Shown piece after piece: positions 11,716 to 25,385 of a stretch of DNA of 64,000 bases. Source of the DNA: the human T2T-CHM13v2.0 reference genome, Homo sapiens; NCBI RefSeq assembly GCF_009914755.1, contig NC_060928.1; one strand, 5' to 3'. Position 1 is the stretch's first letter; every line of letters starts with the position of its first letter. The notes under the pieces were generated by a model. It saw only the letters and a program-made list of their open reading frames with translations, was not told the DNA's origin and searched no databases. The position numbers and the translations under genes were made by a program.

Positions 11716-12728
11716 AAAGGAATAGATTCACTAAAAGTAAGTCATTTAATGTATTCACCCAATTAATTTAATTAATTCATTTCCCTGTTATTGAAGTATA
11801 ACAAACCTGTAGCATATTGTACCTTTTTAAAGAATAGAGTACAATAAAAGTTTAAAAAATCTAAGGACTTATATAACCATGATGGAGGTTAAGGTAAAAA
11901 AAAAATCTATATTAGATGAATAGGAAAAAATATTATGTGTGTGTGTATGTGAGTCCATTGGGTGCAATAGTAAGATAACTAAATTTTACCTTAGCCCCCA
12001 AATAGTTGATTTTCTATCTGTCAAACTCTGTAGCGAACTCAAAAAAGTTATTAAATATATTATTTAAATATGTTGGAAGAAATTGTCTGGACATACAAAT
12101 TTGCATGGCGAATGGAGTAGCCATGTGAAATTTTTGGACTAAAATGTATGTATATACATTTGTTTAACAAATTTAAATTTTAAATTAAAATACAAGCAAT
12201 GCATATTTGTAGTTTGTAATAAAAATACAAAAATATTAGGTATGGTGATGAAGTATATTTAAAATATTAAAAAATAGGAAATATTTAGTAAAAAACTAGC
12301 TTGTCTTGGCACATATACCCACCAAAACAATCATTTTTGAAATGCATAAATTACTAAGGTAATCCCAAAAGTGCATTTAGAATCTAAAGAATAAATTAGA
12401 TAAAAATAAATACATTTAAAAAAATAAGCTTGTCTTTGAATTGACAGTGTTGTAAAGACCAAATGATTTTAAAAAATAAGACATTATGAATATTACAAGG
12501 ATATAAGTTTGACATAATTATTAATTTTATGGCTATATCAAAACTATGCAAAAGCTATGCAAGTTATAAAAGTAAAACAAATATTTTCATAGGTACAAAT
12601 AAAATAATCAAACCTGGACTAACCTAAATATTCTCAAAGCAAATATTTTAATTAGTTGTTCAGAACTATACAATTAGTTGTGTTGTTAATAATTTACTTA
12701 ATTATGTAATTTATCATTGGAAAATGGT

Positions 12729-13881
12729 GAGTCATGCTGTCCATATGATGTTTTGGCCAGTGATTGACTGCATAGGTGACAATGGTCCTATAAGATTATA
12801 ATGGAGCTGAAAAATCCCTCTTGCCTAGTGACGATATAATTGTCAGATTGCTGTAGCAGAAACTCATGTGCTTGTGGTGATACTGGTGTAAACAAACCTA
12901 CTGCCCTGCCAGTCATATAAAAGTATAACACATACAATAAGGCACAGTACATAATACTTGATAATGAAAATAAATGGCTATGTTACTGGCTTATGGACTT
13001 ACTATACTATGATTTTTATTGTTATTTTAGAGTATACTCCTATTTATTTAAAAAAATTAACTATAGAATAGCCTCAGACAAGTTTTTCAGGAGGTCTTTC
13101 AGAAGAAGGCATTGTTGTCATAGAAAACGATAGCTCCATGTATGTTGCTGCCCCTGAAGAACTTCCACTGAGAGAAGATGAGGAGAGGGAAGACAGTGAC
13201 ATTGATAACCCTGGCCCTATGTGGGCCTAGACTAATGTGAATGTGTGTTAATTTTTAACAGGAAAGTTTAAGAAGTAAACAAAAAAAAAATCAAAAAATA
13301 GGAAAATGTTTATAAAATAAGGAAATACAGGAAAAATAATTGTATAGCTGTACAACATATTTGCGTTTTAAGCTAAGCGTTGTTGTAAAAAAGGCAAAAA
13401 AAATTAAATACTTTATAAAGAAGTTACAGAAGCTAAGTTTAATTTATTATTAAACAAAGAAAATGTTTTTTGAATAAATTTAGTGTAGCCTCTGGTCAGG
13501 GTTTATAAATTCTACAGTAGTGGAAAGTAATGTCCTAGGTCTTCACATGCACTCACCACTCACTCACTGACTCACCCAGACAACTTCTAATACTACAGTT
13601 CTCATCCATTATAAGTGCCCTATACACATGTACCATTTTTTATCTTTTATATTGTATTTTTACTGTACCTCTTCTATGCTTAGATATGTTTAGATTCACA
13701 AATCCCATGCCATACAGGTTTGTAGCTGGGAGCAACAGGCCATACCACACAGCCTAGTTGTGTAGTAGGCTATATCATCTAGGTTTGTATAAGTGCACTC
13801 CATGATGTCTGCATAAGCAAGGACGTCATCCAAGGATTCATTCCTCCGAAATTATCTCTGTCATTAAGTTACCCATGAGTG
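12729..13881 (+). mobile_element. Tigger3b (GOLEM-type) non-autonomous TcMar-Tigger DNA transposon, near full length
   Basis: Starts GAGTCATG..GGTCCTATAAGATTATAATGGAGCTGAAAAAT..GCCTAGTGACG. Contains CACTCACCACTCACTCACTGACTCACCCAGA. Ends TCATTAAGTTACCCATGAGTG followed by TA. Confidence 0.88.
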
Positions 13882-13886
13882 TACTT

Positions 13887-13970
13887 GTATGTGAGTGCAT
13901 GTGTATGGTGTGTGTGTGTGTGCATATATATATATGCATATGTATATATATATGCATATGTATATATATA
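13887..13970. repeat. (TG)n/(TA)n simple repeat
   Basis: GTGTGTGTGTGTGCATATATATATATGCATATGTATATATATATGCATATGTATATATATA. Confidence 0.9.
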
Positions 13971-15630
13971 ATTACCATACACTGATAATGTAATTTCGAA
14001 TTTCTAATAAGAAATCTATGAACTCTAATACTGCTTGCTTTCACCTTATCCTTTCATTTGTTTTTACCTTCAAGCTAATAACTGAATTTATTCTCCTTAC
14101 TTTTTTTTCTTTGAAGATTAAAGGCATGCCTAGCTTTGTACTGCAGTTGCCTGGACAGTTGACAGCCTATTTAACTGAAGTCATACAAGCTGTACATTTT
14201 AACCCCTGGATTCCAAAGTGCAATCAAAATGACTTTTTTATATGTAAGAGCAGTGCACTTCTGAAATATTTGTAGATGGATACATAACAGTTTCATAAAA
14301 CTCTCTTGGCCTTTTGCCTTTTAAAAAAACATTGAAGTCAACTAAGCTGATTAAAGAATTTTTAAGTTGGGAATTCTGGAGAGATTTTAGTGCATATAAA
14401 ACATGTAATTCTGGTTTATTATTAACTCTAAATTAACTTTAAGAGTATATATATAGTAACTGAATAATCCTGTATTGACTATAGGATTGCCTAGTAATGG
14501 TTGAAAGCAATCACATCAAAGAGGTAACAAATTTTAAAAATAAGTAAATAAAAACCTGGAGATAATCTAGTCTAATCACATTATGTTATCATTACTGTTA
14601 TCCTCGTTCCTAACTCGTGACATTTAATTATCTTTTTTATTATACATTAGAGAAAATAATGGCATAATTATATGCATAATTTAAGTATGCTTTATACCAT
14701 ATTTTACCTATTAGGGAAGGTATTTTTCTACTCCGTATCCCAAATTCTTCACAGAAACTTACAGGTCAAGCCCCTTAACATGTAAAAACAAAAATGCCCT
14801 AATGTTGTAGGACAAGAGGTTTGCTTCCTGGTGTCTCTGTCCTACTCCCTTTAGCAATGCTTTAGCTGGAAATCAAATCAGCAATAGAAAAAAGTCAAAT
14901 GTGCATAATTCTGAGGTGTTCCTAAAGTAAGGATAGATTATTTTTTTTAGCATGGAGTTAGCTTTTATTCTCTAATTATCTTCACATATAGCAATTATAA
15001 ACCAGTGAAGAACTAACAAATTAAACCTTTCCCAGAAGTATTCTGAAATTTGTATTTTTCCCAATCCATGATTCTCCCTAAAGTAAGGACAGATTTTTAA
15101 ATGGAAACTTTTTTTTAACACCTCTTTAACAAGAAATCCCTATTTTAAAGATGGCCAAAGTGTACATCCTAAACAAGAGCTCGCGCAGATCACTGTGTAT
15201 AACAGTGATGGATGCTGGTTGTTATATGGTCAGATTGCTTATTCAGATCTGAGCAAAACAGCAGTATATTCTACCTCTCCTCCACTTAGAGTCTCTAAAG
15301 TAAGAATAAATTGCATTGCCCTTGATGTGCATATTTTTCACTTAGAAGCAGCCTGCATCAATTCAAAAGTGTTAAGTTTTCATGTTTTGGCAATACATAG
15401 ATAAAAATTTAAATAAATGGATAAAAGAAGCTGTTTGTTTTTTACTTAAATGGAGAAGTGCTAAGGAAACAAGTAAATTTGACATGAATAGCAACACTTG
15501 TAAACACATATTTAACAAGACTAAATTGTAATAGCATACTTTTCAAAGCAAGGGAAAACACAAATTATTTTTTAGTGCTCAAAGTAAATTGAGGACTTAA
15601 GAAAATGAGCTAAATATTATGCAGAGAATG

Positions 15631-15890
15631 ATCAAAGCAGAACATATTTCTATTTTCATTTTTATTCATTTAATTAATCAAAGAGCAATGATATGAAACT
15701 ATTGAACACTAACTGGAATTTAGTGTATGTTAATTGTCACATGTTATTCCTGGCTAAGAAATTTCATTCAGAGAGAAAATATGTTTTTCATTTTGAAAAG
15801 GCGGTCACATTTTTTGACTCTATCAATGTATTGACATTGATATGTAGTTTCACATCAATTCACTGTATTAAGCTCCATTTATAAATATTT
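15631..15890 (+). repeat. Old local duplication, copy 1 (partner 16834-17089)
   Basis: Collinear shared blocks ATCAAAGCAG, AGCAATGAT.TGAAACTATTG, GAATTTAGTGTAT, GAAATTTCATTCAGAGAG, AAAAGGC.GTCA, TATTAAGCT and TTATAAATATTT. Confidence 0.85.
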
Positions 15891-16439
15891 TCTGAGTTGT
15901 TACTTTGTGCAAGTCATAATGTTCAGAAAATTAACTACTAAAATAGGTCTTCTCATTTACTTGCTTCTGTTACAAAATTAGGTAGCAATTGCAATTAATG
16001 TTAAGCATACTTGGCAGTCCACTTTTGTGTGCAAATTGCCACAAATCTTATTCTCCCTGCAGCTTCCTTAGATTATAAAATAACCTAGATTTTTTCAAAA
16101 CAAATATAAAAATTTGCCATGATCACATTTTATCTATTAAAAGTAAAACTAGGTTTTAAAAATTGCATTGAATATCCCAAGATATTATTTTTTCCAAATT
16201 ACACATGGGAGGATTTCAAACAGTTTCTTACCTTTTCGATGATTAACTAATATGTTACTAATTGATCATAATCATTTCTAGATATCTAACCAAGTGCCCC
16301 AGTTCAACAACTCATTATTTTACTCTTTCATTTTGATATTATTTGGTACAACTACATAACGCTGCTGAATGGAATATACTTATTAGCATGCAACTTTATG
16401 ACTGTAATTTTGTTTCTGTTTTCTTGTGATAGTCGCAGA

Positions 16440-16525
16440 ACTCTATGATTACATTAAAAATCACTAAATTGTACATTTTAAAAGTGAATTTTATGGTATG
16501 TGAATTTTATTTCAATAACATATTG
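16440..16525 (+). mobile_element. L1M (L1MB/MC-like) 3' terminal fragment
   Basis: CACTAAATTGTACATTTTAAAAGTGAATTTTATGGTATGTGAATTTTATTTCAATAA is typical of the L1M 3' terminus. Confidence 0.7.
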
Positions 16526-16833
16526 AAAAATATGTTATTAAATAATATATAAATATATATTGTATATTGAATCTTTTTTCTATATATATTCATATCCACT
16601 TTATTATTTTGTTTCTTTAAACAAAATATCAGGTTTTCTACTTGTCTTTTAGATAAAATCCAAATTTTTCATTCTGTTATTTAATGCCCTTCCCCTTAAA
16701 ACCAATGTAATCCCCAAATGTAAATTTTTTTACTGTCCAATATGGTCTTTTCATTTTTCTACAAGCATCACATGCTATTTCCCAACATCTTCCCGATTGA
16801 GGCATACTAGTTTTTTATGATAATCTCTTAATT

Positions 16834-17089
16834 ATCAAAGCAGCAGGCACTTTTTTTTTAAAATTTATTAAATGACTCAAGTAGCAATGATCTGAAACTA
16901 TTGTATGTCAAGTAGAATTTAGTGTATATTGCCACCTTATTTTATTTTTGGCTCTGAAATTTCATTCAGAGAGTTTTTTTTTTGGTTGAATAATTTTAAA
17001 AGGCAGTCAGTGTTTTGGCTTCATCATTACATTGATATTCATATGTAATTTTTTCCATTCATTCTATTAAGCTGAAATTATAAATATTT
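16834..17089 (+). repeat. Old local duplication, copy 2 (partner 15631-15890)
   Basis: Same collinear blocks at an offset of about 1200 bp, including an exact 18-mer at 16956-16973 matching 15758-15775. Confidence 0.85.
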
Positions 17090-17305
17090 ACCAAATATTT
17101 AAAGGTTATAGAAGCCTACAGTTATTTTGCTTTAATTTCATCTCAACCATAGATTTATCTGTGCCAATTTATTTTGATAAAGTATTATTTATCAAATATT
17201 GTTTAAAAGTTAAGAGAAATAAGTATAAATAATTAATTTTTTTCTTTTAAAAATTATTATTTAGTTGTTTGTGGATGGTAAGTAGTCTAGCTCCAGACCA
17301 AAAAC

Positions 17306-17361
17306 TGTGTGTGTATGTGCGTGGATGTGTGTGTGCATGTGTGTATGTGTGTGTGCATGTG
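17306..17361. repeat. Imperfect (TG)n microsatellite
   Basis: TGTGTGTGTATGTGCGTGGATGTGTGTGTGCATGTGTGTATGTGTGTGTGCATGTG. Confidence 0.9.
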
Positions 17362-18067
17362 TTTTCAAGCCCCTCTATAGGCAGTTGCAAAAGCTTTACA
17401 TGGCAGGCCTTCTCTAGGGAAAGCTGCTACCTGCCCACCAGACATGGTACACAGCCATTTAGTGCAGTCTCTGAAGAAAGTTGCAGTCAAGGATGCAGGC
17501 ACTCCTGTACTCCTATGTCATACTTTTATGTGTATCTGTATTCCTAGCCCAGCTGCCTCTCCAGCTGCCTCCATTCAGAGGCTTCTTTACAGAGGGCTTA
17601 GACCAAGGTCTTGCTCAGGTTCCTTCCCTGAGACCCCCTTACTGGAAGAGTAGGGAGGTGGCGACATTTTTCTCCACTCAGTCTCAGTATGTTTCTCCTT
17701 GTAGCTCACCTCCCCTTCCTCTGCCCCGTCAAGGCCTATCAAATGGCAGGAGGAGAATGTTTTTCTGGGCTCCTTTATTAGTGAGACATTCTTTAGGTCT
17801 GCGCAGATCCTTCTGATCCTCATCTCCAGTCCATGTAGAGAAATGGAATGGTGATGGAGGAACTTTTTCTGTGTAGCCTCTTGCCCATAGTATGGCAGTG
17901 ATTAAGGCTTCACTGTCCCTTCCATGCTGGCTTGGTGCTTTAATCAGCTACTCTAACACTTGGCAGCTCAACTCTCTCCAGCTCATCTCAGCTCTTGACA
18001 CAGAGTATCGTTGTGTAATAGTTAATTTTATTTCCCAGCATATGAACAGTAATAATTGGTACTTACT

Positions 18068-18432
18068 TGATATGGTTTGACTGTTCCTCACCCACATCTC
18101 ATCTGAAATTGTAATCTGAATTGTAATCCCCGCACGTCCAGACAGGGGCCTGGTGCACATGATTGGATCATGAGGGCAGTATCCCCATGTTGTTAGTGAG
18201 TGAGTTCTCACGAGATCTGGTTGTTTGATAAGTGTCTGGTGCTTCCCCCTTCTCTTTATCTCCTGATGCCATGTAAGATGTGCCTTGCTTCCCCTTTGCA
18301 TTCCACCATGGTTGGAAGTTTCCTAAGGCCTCTCAAGCCATGCAGAACTGTGAGTCAATTAAACCTTTTTTGTTTATAAATTACCCATTCTCAGGTAGTA
18401 TCTTTATAGAAGTGTGAGAATGAACTAATACA
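18068..18432 (+). mobile_element. THE1D/MST-type MaLR solo LTR
   Basis: TGATATGGTTTG..CATCTCATCTGAAATTGTAATC at the start, ATTAAA signal, ..GAACTAATACA at the end. Flanks TTACT/TTACC form a near-perfect 5-bp TSD. Confidence 0.92.
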
Positions 18433-18678
18433 TTACCAGATTCAAAATAAATAATTTCTGAAAGCATGGAGAGGTATTTGCTCTTGTTTAATACTTTTTA
18501 ATTTGTCTGTGCTAAGCTTTCCCTAACTGTGTATTAGCTGGATTTGTACTATATTATTGGGGTGAACAATATTAAAAATTTTCTTTTCTACCATAATATA
18601 GGTCTATTTTCAGCTATAGTATTTTAATTTAATATGAGTTTTTAACCTACTTTTTAAAAGAGCACTCGTATCATTCTT

Positions 18679-19417
18679 TTTAAAAAAAATTTTGTTATAC
18701 TTTAAGTTCTAGGGTACATGTGCACAACGTGCAGGTTTGTTACATAGGTATACATGTACCATGTTGGTTTGCTGCATTCATCAACTCGTCTTTTACATTA
18801 GGTATTTCTCCTAATGCTATCACTCACTTAGCCCCCTACCCCCTGACAGGCCCCAGTATGTGATGTTCCCCGCCATGTGTCCATGTGTTCTCATTGTTCA
18901 ACTCCCAGCTATGAGTGAGAACATGCGGTGTTTGGTTTTCTGTTCTTGTAATGGTTTGCTTAAAATGATGGTTTCCAGCTGCGTCCATGTCCCTGCAAAG
19001 GACATGAGCTCATCCTTTTTTATGGCTGCATAGTATTCCATGGTATATACGTGCCGCATTTTCTTAATCCAGTCTATCATTGATGGCCATTTGGGTTGGT
19101 TCCAAGTCTTTGCTATTGTGAATAGTGCCACAATAAGCATACATGTGCATGTGTCTTTATAGTAGCATGATTTATAATCCTTTGGGTATATACCCAGGAA
19201 TGCGATCGCTGGGTCAAATGGTATTTCTAGTTCTAGATCCTTGAGGAATCACCACACTGTCTTCCACAATGGCTGAACTAATTTACACTCCCATCAACAG
19301 TGTAAAAGCGTTCCTATTTCTCCACATCCTCTCCAGCATCTGTTGTTCCCTGACTTTTTAATCATCACTATTCTAACTGGCATGAGATGGTATCTCATTG
19401 TGGTTTTGATTTGCACT
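18679..19417 (-). mobile_element. L1PA LINE-1 3' end, 5'-truncated
   Basis: Minus-strand ORF 18898-19140 is the ORF2 C-terminus. TTATACTTTAAGTTCTAGGGTACATGTGCACAACGTGCAGG is the reverse of the L1PA 3'UTR end. TCATTCTT is repeated at 18671-18678 and 19418-19425 (candidate TSD). Confidence 0.95.
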
Positions 19418-19556
19418 TCATTCTTATAGCTGAGATTTGCTTAAGTAATATAAATTAAATTATATTCACTTATCCATGGTGATGATTTTGCTAGTCATGT
19501 TAGGTTATTTTGGTTTGTGTTATTCATACACAATGTTTTAGTACAGTTCAATTCTT

Positions 19557-19841
19557 TTTTTTTTTTTTTTCTTGAGACGGAGTCTGTCTCTGGAGTGCAG
19601 TGGCGTGATCTCAGCTCATTGCAACCTCTGACTCCCTGGTTCAAGTGGTTCTCCTGCCTCAGCCTCCCGAGTAGCTAGGATTACAGGCATACACCACCAC
19701 GTCCAGCTAATTTTTGTATTTTTAGTAGAGCCGGGGTTTCACAATGTTGGCCAGGATGGTCTCGATCTCTTGACCTCAGGATCCACCTGCCTCGGCCTCC
19801 CAAAGTGCTGGGATTACAGGCTTGAACCACTGCACCTAGCC
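19557..19841 (-). mobile_element. AluS SINE with an 18-bp TSD
   Basis: Poly-T followed by a reverse Alu dimer with a small deletion near 19590. TAGTACAGTTCAATTCTT is exact at 19539-19556 and 19842-19859. Confidence 0.97.
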
Positions 19842-20273
19842 TAGTACAGTTCAATTCTTAATTCTTGCAGAAGTGCGTTGAACTAAGGTGATGTAGATAT
19901 CTGTCTTCATGTGTGATCTAAATACAATGGAAAGAAAAAAAGCTTATGTAAGAACACTGGTGTTACAGTTTCCTAAAATATTTAAAAATATATGTCAGAT
20001 TCTGGCTTTCATTCAGAATAGAGAATATGCTAAAGTTGGTATTTCTGGATGGCTAACCAAGTAAATAAAGTTTAGTAAAGGAAAAAAATAAAGGAAGTAC
20101 CTTTAGTTAACACTTCCAGTTGAAAACTGAATCATGCAACAATTTGTGCTATGCTTTGATAATTTGCCCAAAGTCAACAAGAAACAGAATGTGAATAACA
20201 GCGAGAAAATCTTTCAGAGAACCTTTCAGCTATGTTGTCTTTGGCTCAACATGGCAACTGCTAAATATAATCT

Positions 20274-20513
20274 TTGTGTCAAGCAATCTATATCCTGTCA
20301 TCTACTTATTCAGTAATTCTAATCATCCAATATTTTTCAGAAACATACACATCAGTTTACATGCAGACACACATACACATACCCAAGCATGATTGTGTCA
20401 AGCAGTCTATATCCTGTCATCTACTTACTCAGTAATTCTACTAATCATCCAACATTTATCAGAAACATACACACAGTTTACATGCAGACAGACATACACA
20501 TACCCAAGCGTGA
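20274..20513. repeat. Two-copy tandem duplication with a ~120-bp unit
   Basis: Units 20274-20392 and 20393-20513 both run TTGTGTCAAGCARTCTATATCCTGTCATCTACTTA..ACCCAAGCRTGA, with a few substitutions and indels. Confidence 0.95.
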
Positions 20514-21325
20514 TCTTTAAAGCTCCATAGTGTTTTACATCTGCTCTCAAACTCTTTGAAGCCTTTGCACTCTTCCTATTAAAGTGTTTAGGACATCATT
20601 TCAATGAGTCTGTTTCCAGCTCTCCGGCTGACGCTTTAATGTGTACCTGATTTTGTGTGTGACTCAGCTGCCAGCTGTTTTCAGGAAGTTTCTTTTTAAA
20701 TATTCGTTTGGAAGTGGTTATGACAAGTTATCTTTGCTGTAGTTTATTTGATGTGAGCAATTTTTGCTCATTTATATGAGGAACAATAGCAAAAATACTT
20801 ATTAGAACACATGAATCTTTGCAACATCTTTCTAATTTCATTCTGCTTTTCATATTATCGAAAGAAGCCCAATTTTCTTTGACTGTTTCTAATAAAGAAT
20901 GGTTTGTTTTTACTGTACATTAAGTACCATAAATCTGAACCATCAAAGGTCACATATAAAAATATGGCCAAAATCTTTATAACTGAGTAATTGCTCATTC
21001 AGAAAAACCCCTTCATCAAACAAACTGTTTGAAGGTTACTTCAAAAGATATTTTTTTCCTTAAGGGTTTTCAGTGTTTGTCATTTAACATTAAAACATTG
21101 ATTTTTAAAAATTAGAACTAAAGGTCACATTTATAAAACAACTGTATCTTAAATTAAAAAGAAAATCCAATGCATACAAAATCTTCATATCAGATGTAAG
21201 TACAAACAGAACATCTGTTCAAGGCTCATATGTCAAATTACATCTTCTATTAGCTTAGTGTTTGAAATGTATACTTTCATACATTATGGTTTATTCAGGA
21301 GACAGCTACATTAAAAAAATAAGTC

Positions 21326-21714
<389 letters not shown>

Positions 21715-24389
21715 TTAAATATGATCTTTTGCATCACAGGAAAGAATATGCTTTTCGACTTCTTATCTCAACTCTTCCCCTCACCCCTGTGTTACTTTAA
21801 ATAAGTTACTTAATGTATCCATAACTTAGTTTATTCACCTTTAGCTGCTTAAAACCAGCTAATACATTTGAAACACTGACAAATAAATTGACTATCTCTC
21901 TCTGTGCATTTGTGTCGATACAGTATGAAAATAACAACGTGAAGTACTTATACATGAAAGTCCCTATTTCATTAACCATACTTAAAATCAGTATGTGTAC
22001 ATATAGAGATCAAACTAAATATGCGCTTTCATCCAGTACATGGTAGCTGCCATACCATTGAAACCATTTACTAACAGGCTTATGATTAATGCACGTAGAT
22101 GTAATTCTGTGCTTAAAAAAGAAAAATAAATATTAGGAAAACAAGCAAAAACTGACATTATATGACATACTGCATTTGGAAATCTTGAAATGGATTTCAA
22201 TATTTATCAGAACTTCAGGCCTGAAAATTTAGCTTAGTTATTTTTGTTTGTGTGTTGTTTAGTGATATGCACTTCAAGCAATGAGACATTAATCTAATAC
22301 ACAAGATTCATAAGCTATTTTTTGGCAAACATATAATAAGATGATTGTGTCATTGTTGCTTTAAAGCCCAAGATCTCCCTAATATCCAGTGTCATCCTGT
22401 CCAGTGCCGTATCAGTCTGTGAAATCTAAACTAATGTCTGTTTTAGGGTATCATTTATTAGTACAGGTTAAGAGCAATTCTATTGAATCATAAGTGGCAA
22501 AACAAGGCTCACCAATTTCTGGATTTTCATCACTTTTTTGCTTATGAAATATAACTAATGACCTTCCATGCTTGCTGGGCTGGTCATGGATGAGAATGGA
22601 CAATAGTTGAATCTAAAACTGAAAACTAAGTTTGTAGTTTCCTTGATGGGCAACCTCAAGCAATGTGGCCTCTCTATTAGCTTGCTCAAAAACAAATGGT
22701 AGCCCATATATCATTTTATTTTTCAAGCATGAAAAGTAAAACCTTTGGGAAAGTATCTTTGCCTTGGTTTTAAATACTCTTCTCAGATTCTGCTACTAAA
22801 TATATTTCAGTAACATGACTATATTTTTTAAAATAGCAATCATTTAGTCCATTTAGTATGAGAAGCATTCTATCTATAACAAATTATATTAATATGTACT
22901 TAAAAACATACAGCAACTTCCTAACCAAACCTTGGATACAGTCTTCTTAACATAATCTAGAATTTTAGTCCAAAATAGCTCATGATGAGAAAGGAACCAG
23001 GGAATTTAGTATAAGAAAAGAAATAGAGACCTGAAGGACAACTAAGTATTATAGTTATGATTTCTTAAATAAATGAACAGCAGCAATCAAAGAAAGGGTA
23101 CAGATATATAAGTCATACATTCAAATAAAATCGAACAAATCACATGTAACTACTAATGTTTGTATCAATGATCATCAATTTGAAGCATCCACTGCAATGC
23201 ATATGAAAAATGGAACGACAGTATACATTCTCAAACTATATCCCTACTCAGATACAATAAAATGGACAATATGAACAAACAATGTAACTGAAATCTAAAA
23301 ATCAACATTTTACATTTTTTTCAAAGTGAATTATTCCTTCAGTTCTTATTATTAATTGACCAAAACCTAAAACTAACATTTTTTTTCTTAAATTTTCCCA
23401 TAAGAGCAAAGTCTTAGCATCTATTTTGATTTTTTCCAATAACTCTGTTTCTTGCCTAGAAAGAACACATTAAGGAACAGATATTTAAATTAAGAAGACC
23501 AAAAGAAAAATAAAGGCAGTTTTAAACATTTAGTATTATTCATAGTAGATTAAGAAAATCAGAATTAATACACAGATAATGAGATCTCCAAAACAAACTA
23601 CCCACATTTGATTTTAATAGCTTGGTTGAGAAATGGGAAATGATGGGAATAATTAATTTTCAATTTGGAAAGTCTGTGGGTGATGTCATCCTTTTTAATC
23701 TATGAATCAACAGTTAAATTCGAGATTAGTGGTTCCTCCACTGGCTGATATTTCAAAAAATAATGTTTTCTGGTTACAGATACTCTGATTCATTAGATTT
23801 TAGGTGGTTCTAGAGATGCAGGGAATTCTGATAGCTACATTGGGGGATGTTCATTTAGAAACCATAACTGCATTATCTGGGTTGTGCATGTAGCAAACAT
23901 ATTTTACACTTTTCTAAGTATTAATGAATCCTCTTTAATATGAACAGGCATGAAAGTTTTTGTTTGTGTTTTGTTTTTATTTGTTTAGTCATTTTTTTTT
24001 CTGCTTCGTTTCTAATGAAGGTTCTTGTGAAAAGTGATACAAAATTTGTGTCATTGACAAAGTCTAGAGGATATAATAAATAGTTAACATGAATAATTAT
24101 TATTCTCAGACTTTGTGATTATAATCACTAGCTCTAAGGTTCTGACAAAGTTTAGAAAAATTAAATGAGAATCTCAAAGATGATTAACATCTTTGAAATA
24201 TGACAATCAAGCAAGGTGAAAATTATTCAGTATTACATTTTTTAAAGAAAAATAACTGAAGGGAAATTTAAACAGTCTCCAAACATGGTAGAGATGGAAA
24301 GCTAACCCTTTCCTCTCTGAGACTTAGTATTCATCACTTATAAAGTGGTAGAATTGAAATAGGTATTCAGTAGAACATAAATGCTTACA

Positions 24390-24487
24390 GATAGGGAGTT
24401 GGTGTTTTTTATGCCTGTAACTCTAGAGCCTAGTATAACCTGTAACATATAGCATGTTCTTGATAAATATTTATTAAATGAATGAAA
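24390..24487 (+). mobile_element. L2 3' end fragment
   Basis: CTAGAGCCTAGTATAACCTGTAACATATAGCATGTTCTTGATAAATATTTATTAAATGAATGAA. Confidence 0.65.
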
Positions 24488-24541
24488 CTATGTGTTGTTT
24501 AGGTACAAAAAAATGCATGGTTACATCTTTATCCAACGTGA

Positions 24542-24886
<345 letters not shown>

Positions 24887-25005
24887 GTATCTAGTCTTTC
24901 TTAAGAAAGAGTGATAAATTGTATCAGTTATGTTATTCATAATATACAAAATTTATAGATAAACTTAATATTATGTGTTTGTTTCCCAAATTATATTTTG
25001 CCATC

Positions 25006-25385
25006 TGTATTAGTCCATTCTCACACTGCTATTAATATAAAGAACTGCCAGAGACTGGGTAATTTATAAAGGAAAGAGGTTCAATTTTCTTTACAGTTCA
25101 GCAGGGCTAGGGAGGCCTCAAGAAACTTACAATCTTGGTGTAAGTGGAAGCAAACACGTCCTTCACATGATGGCAGGAAGGAGAAGTGCTGACCAAAGAC
25201 GGAAAAGCCCCTTATAAAACCATCAGTTCTCATGAGAACTCAGTCACTGTTATGAGAACAGAAGCATGGGGTAACTGCCCCCACGATTCAATTACCTATC
25301 ACCAGGTCCCTCCCATGACACGTGGGGATTATGGGAACTAAATTTCAAGATGAGAGTTGAGTGGGGACATAGCCAAACAATATCA
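25006..25385 (-). mobile_element. THE1 (THE1C/D-like) MaLR solo LTR
   Basis: TGTATTAGTCCATTCTCACACTGCTA..GTGGGGACATAGCCAAACAATATCA. TSD CCATC/CCGTC. Confidence 0.93.

Noticed and set aside
9449-11727. Target-site duplication for the PES1 retrocopy (AATACAGACTC versus AATAGATTC)
   Set aside because: Similarity is suggestive but too short and degenerate to call.
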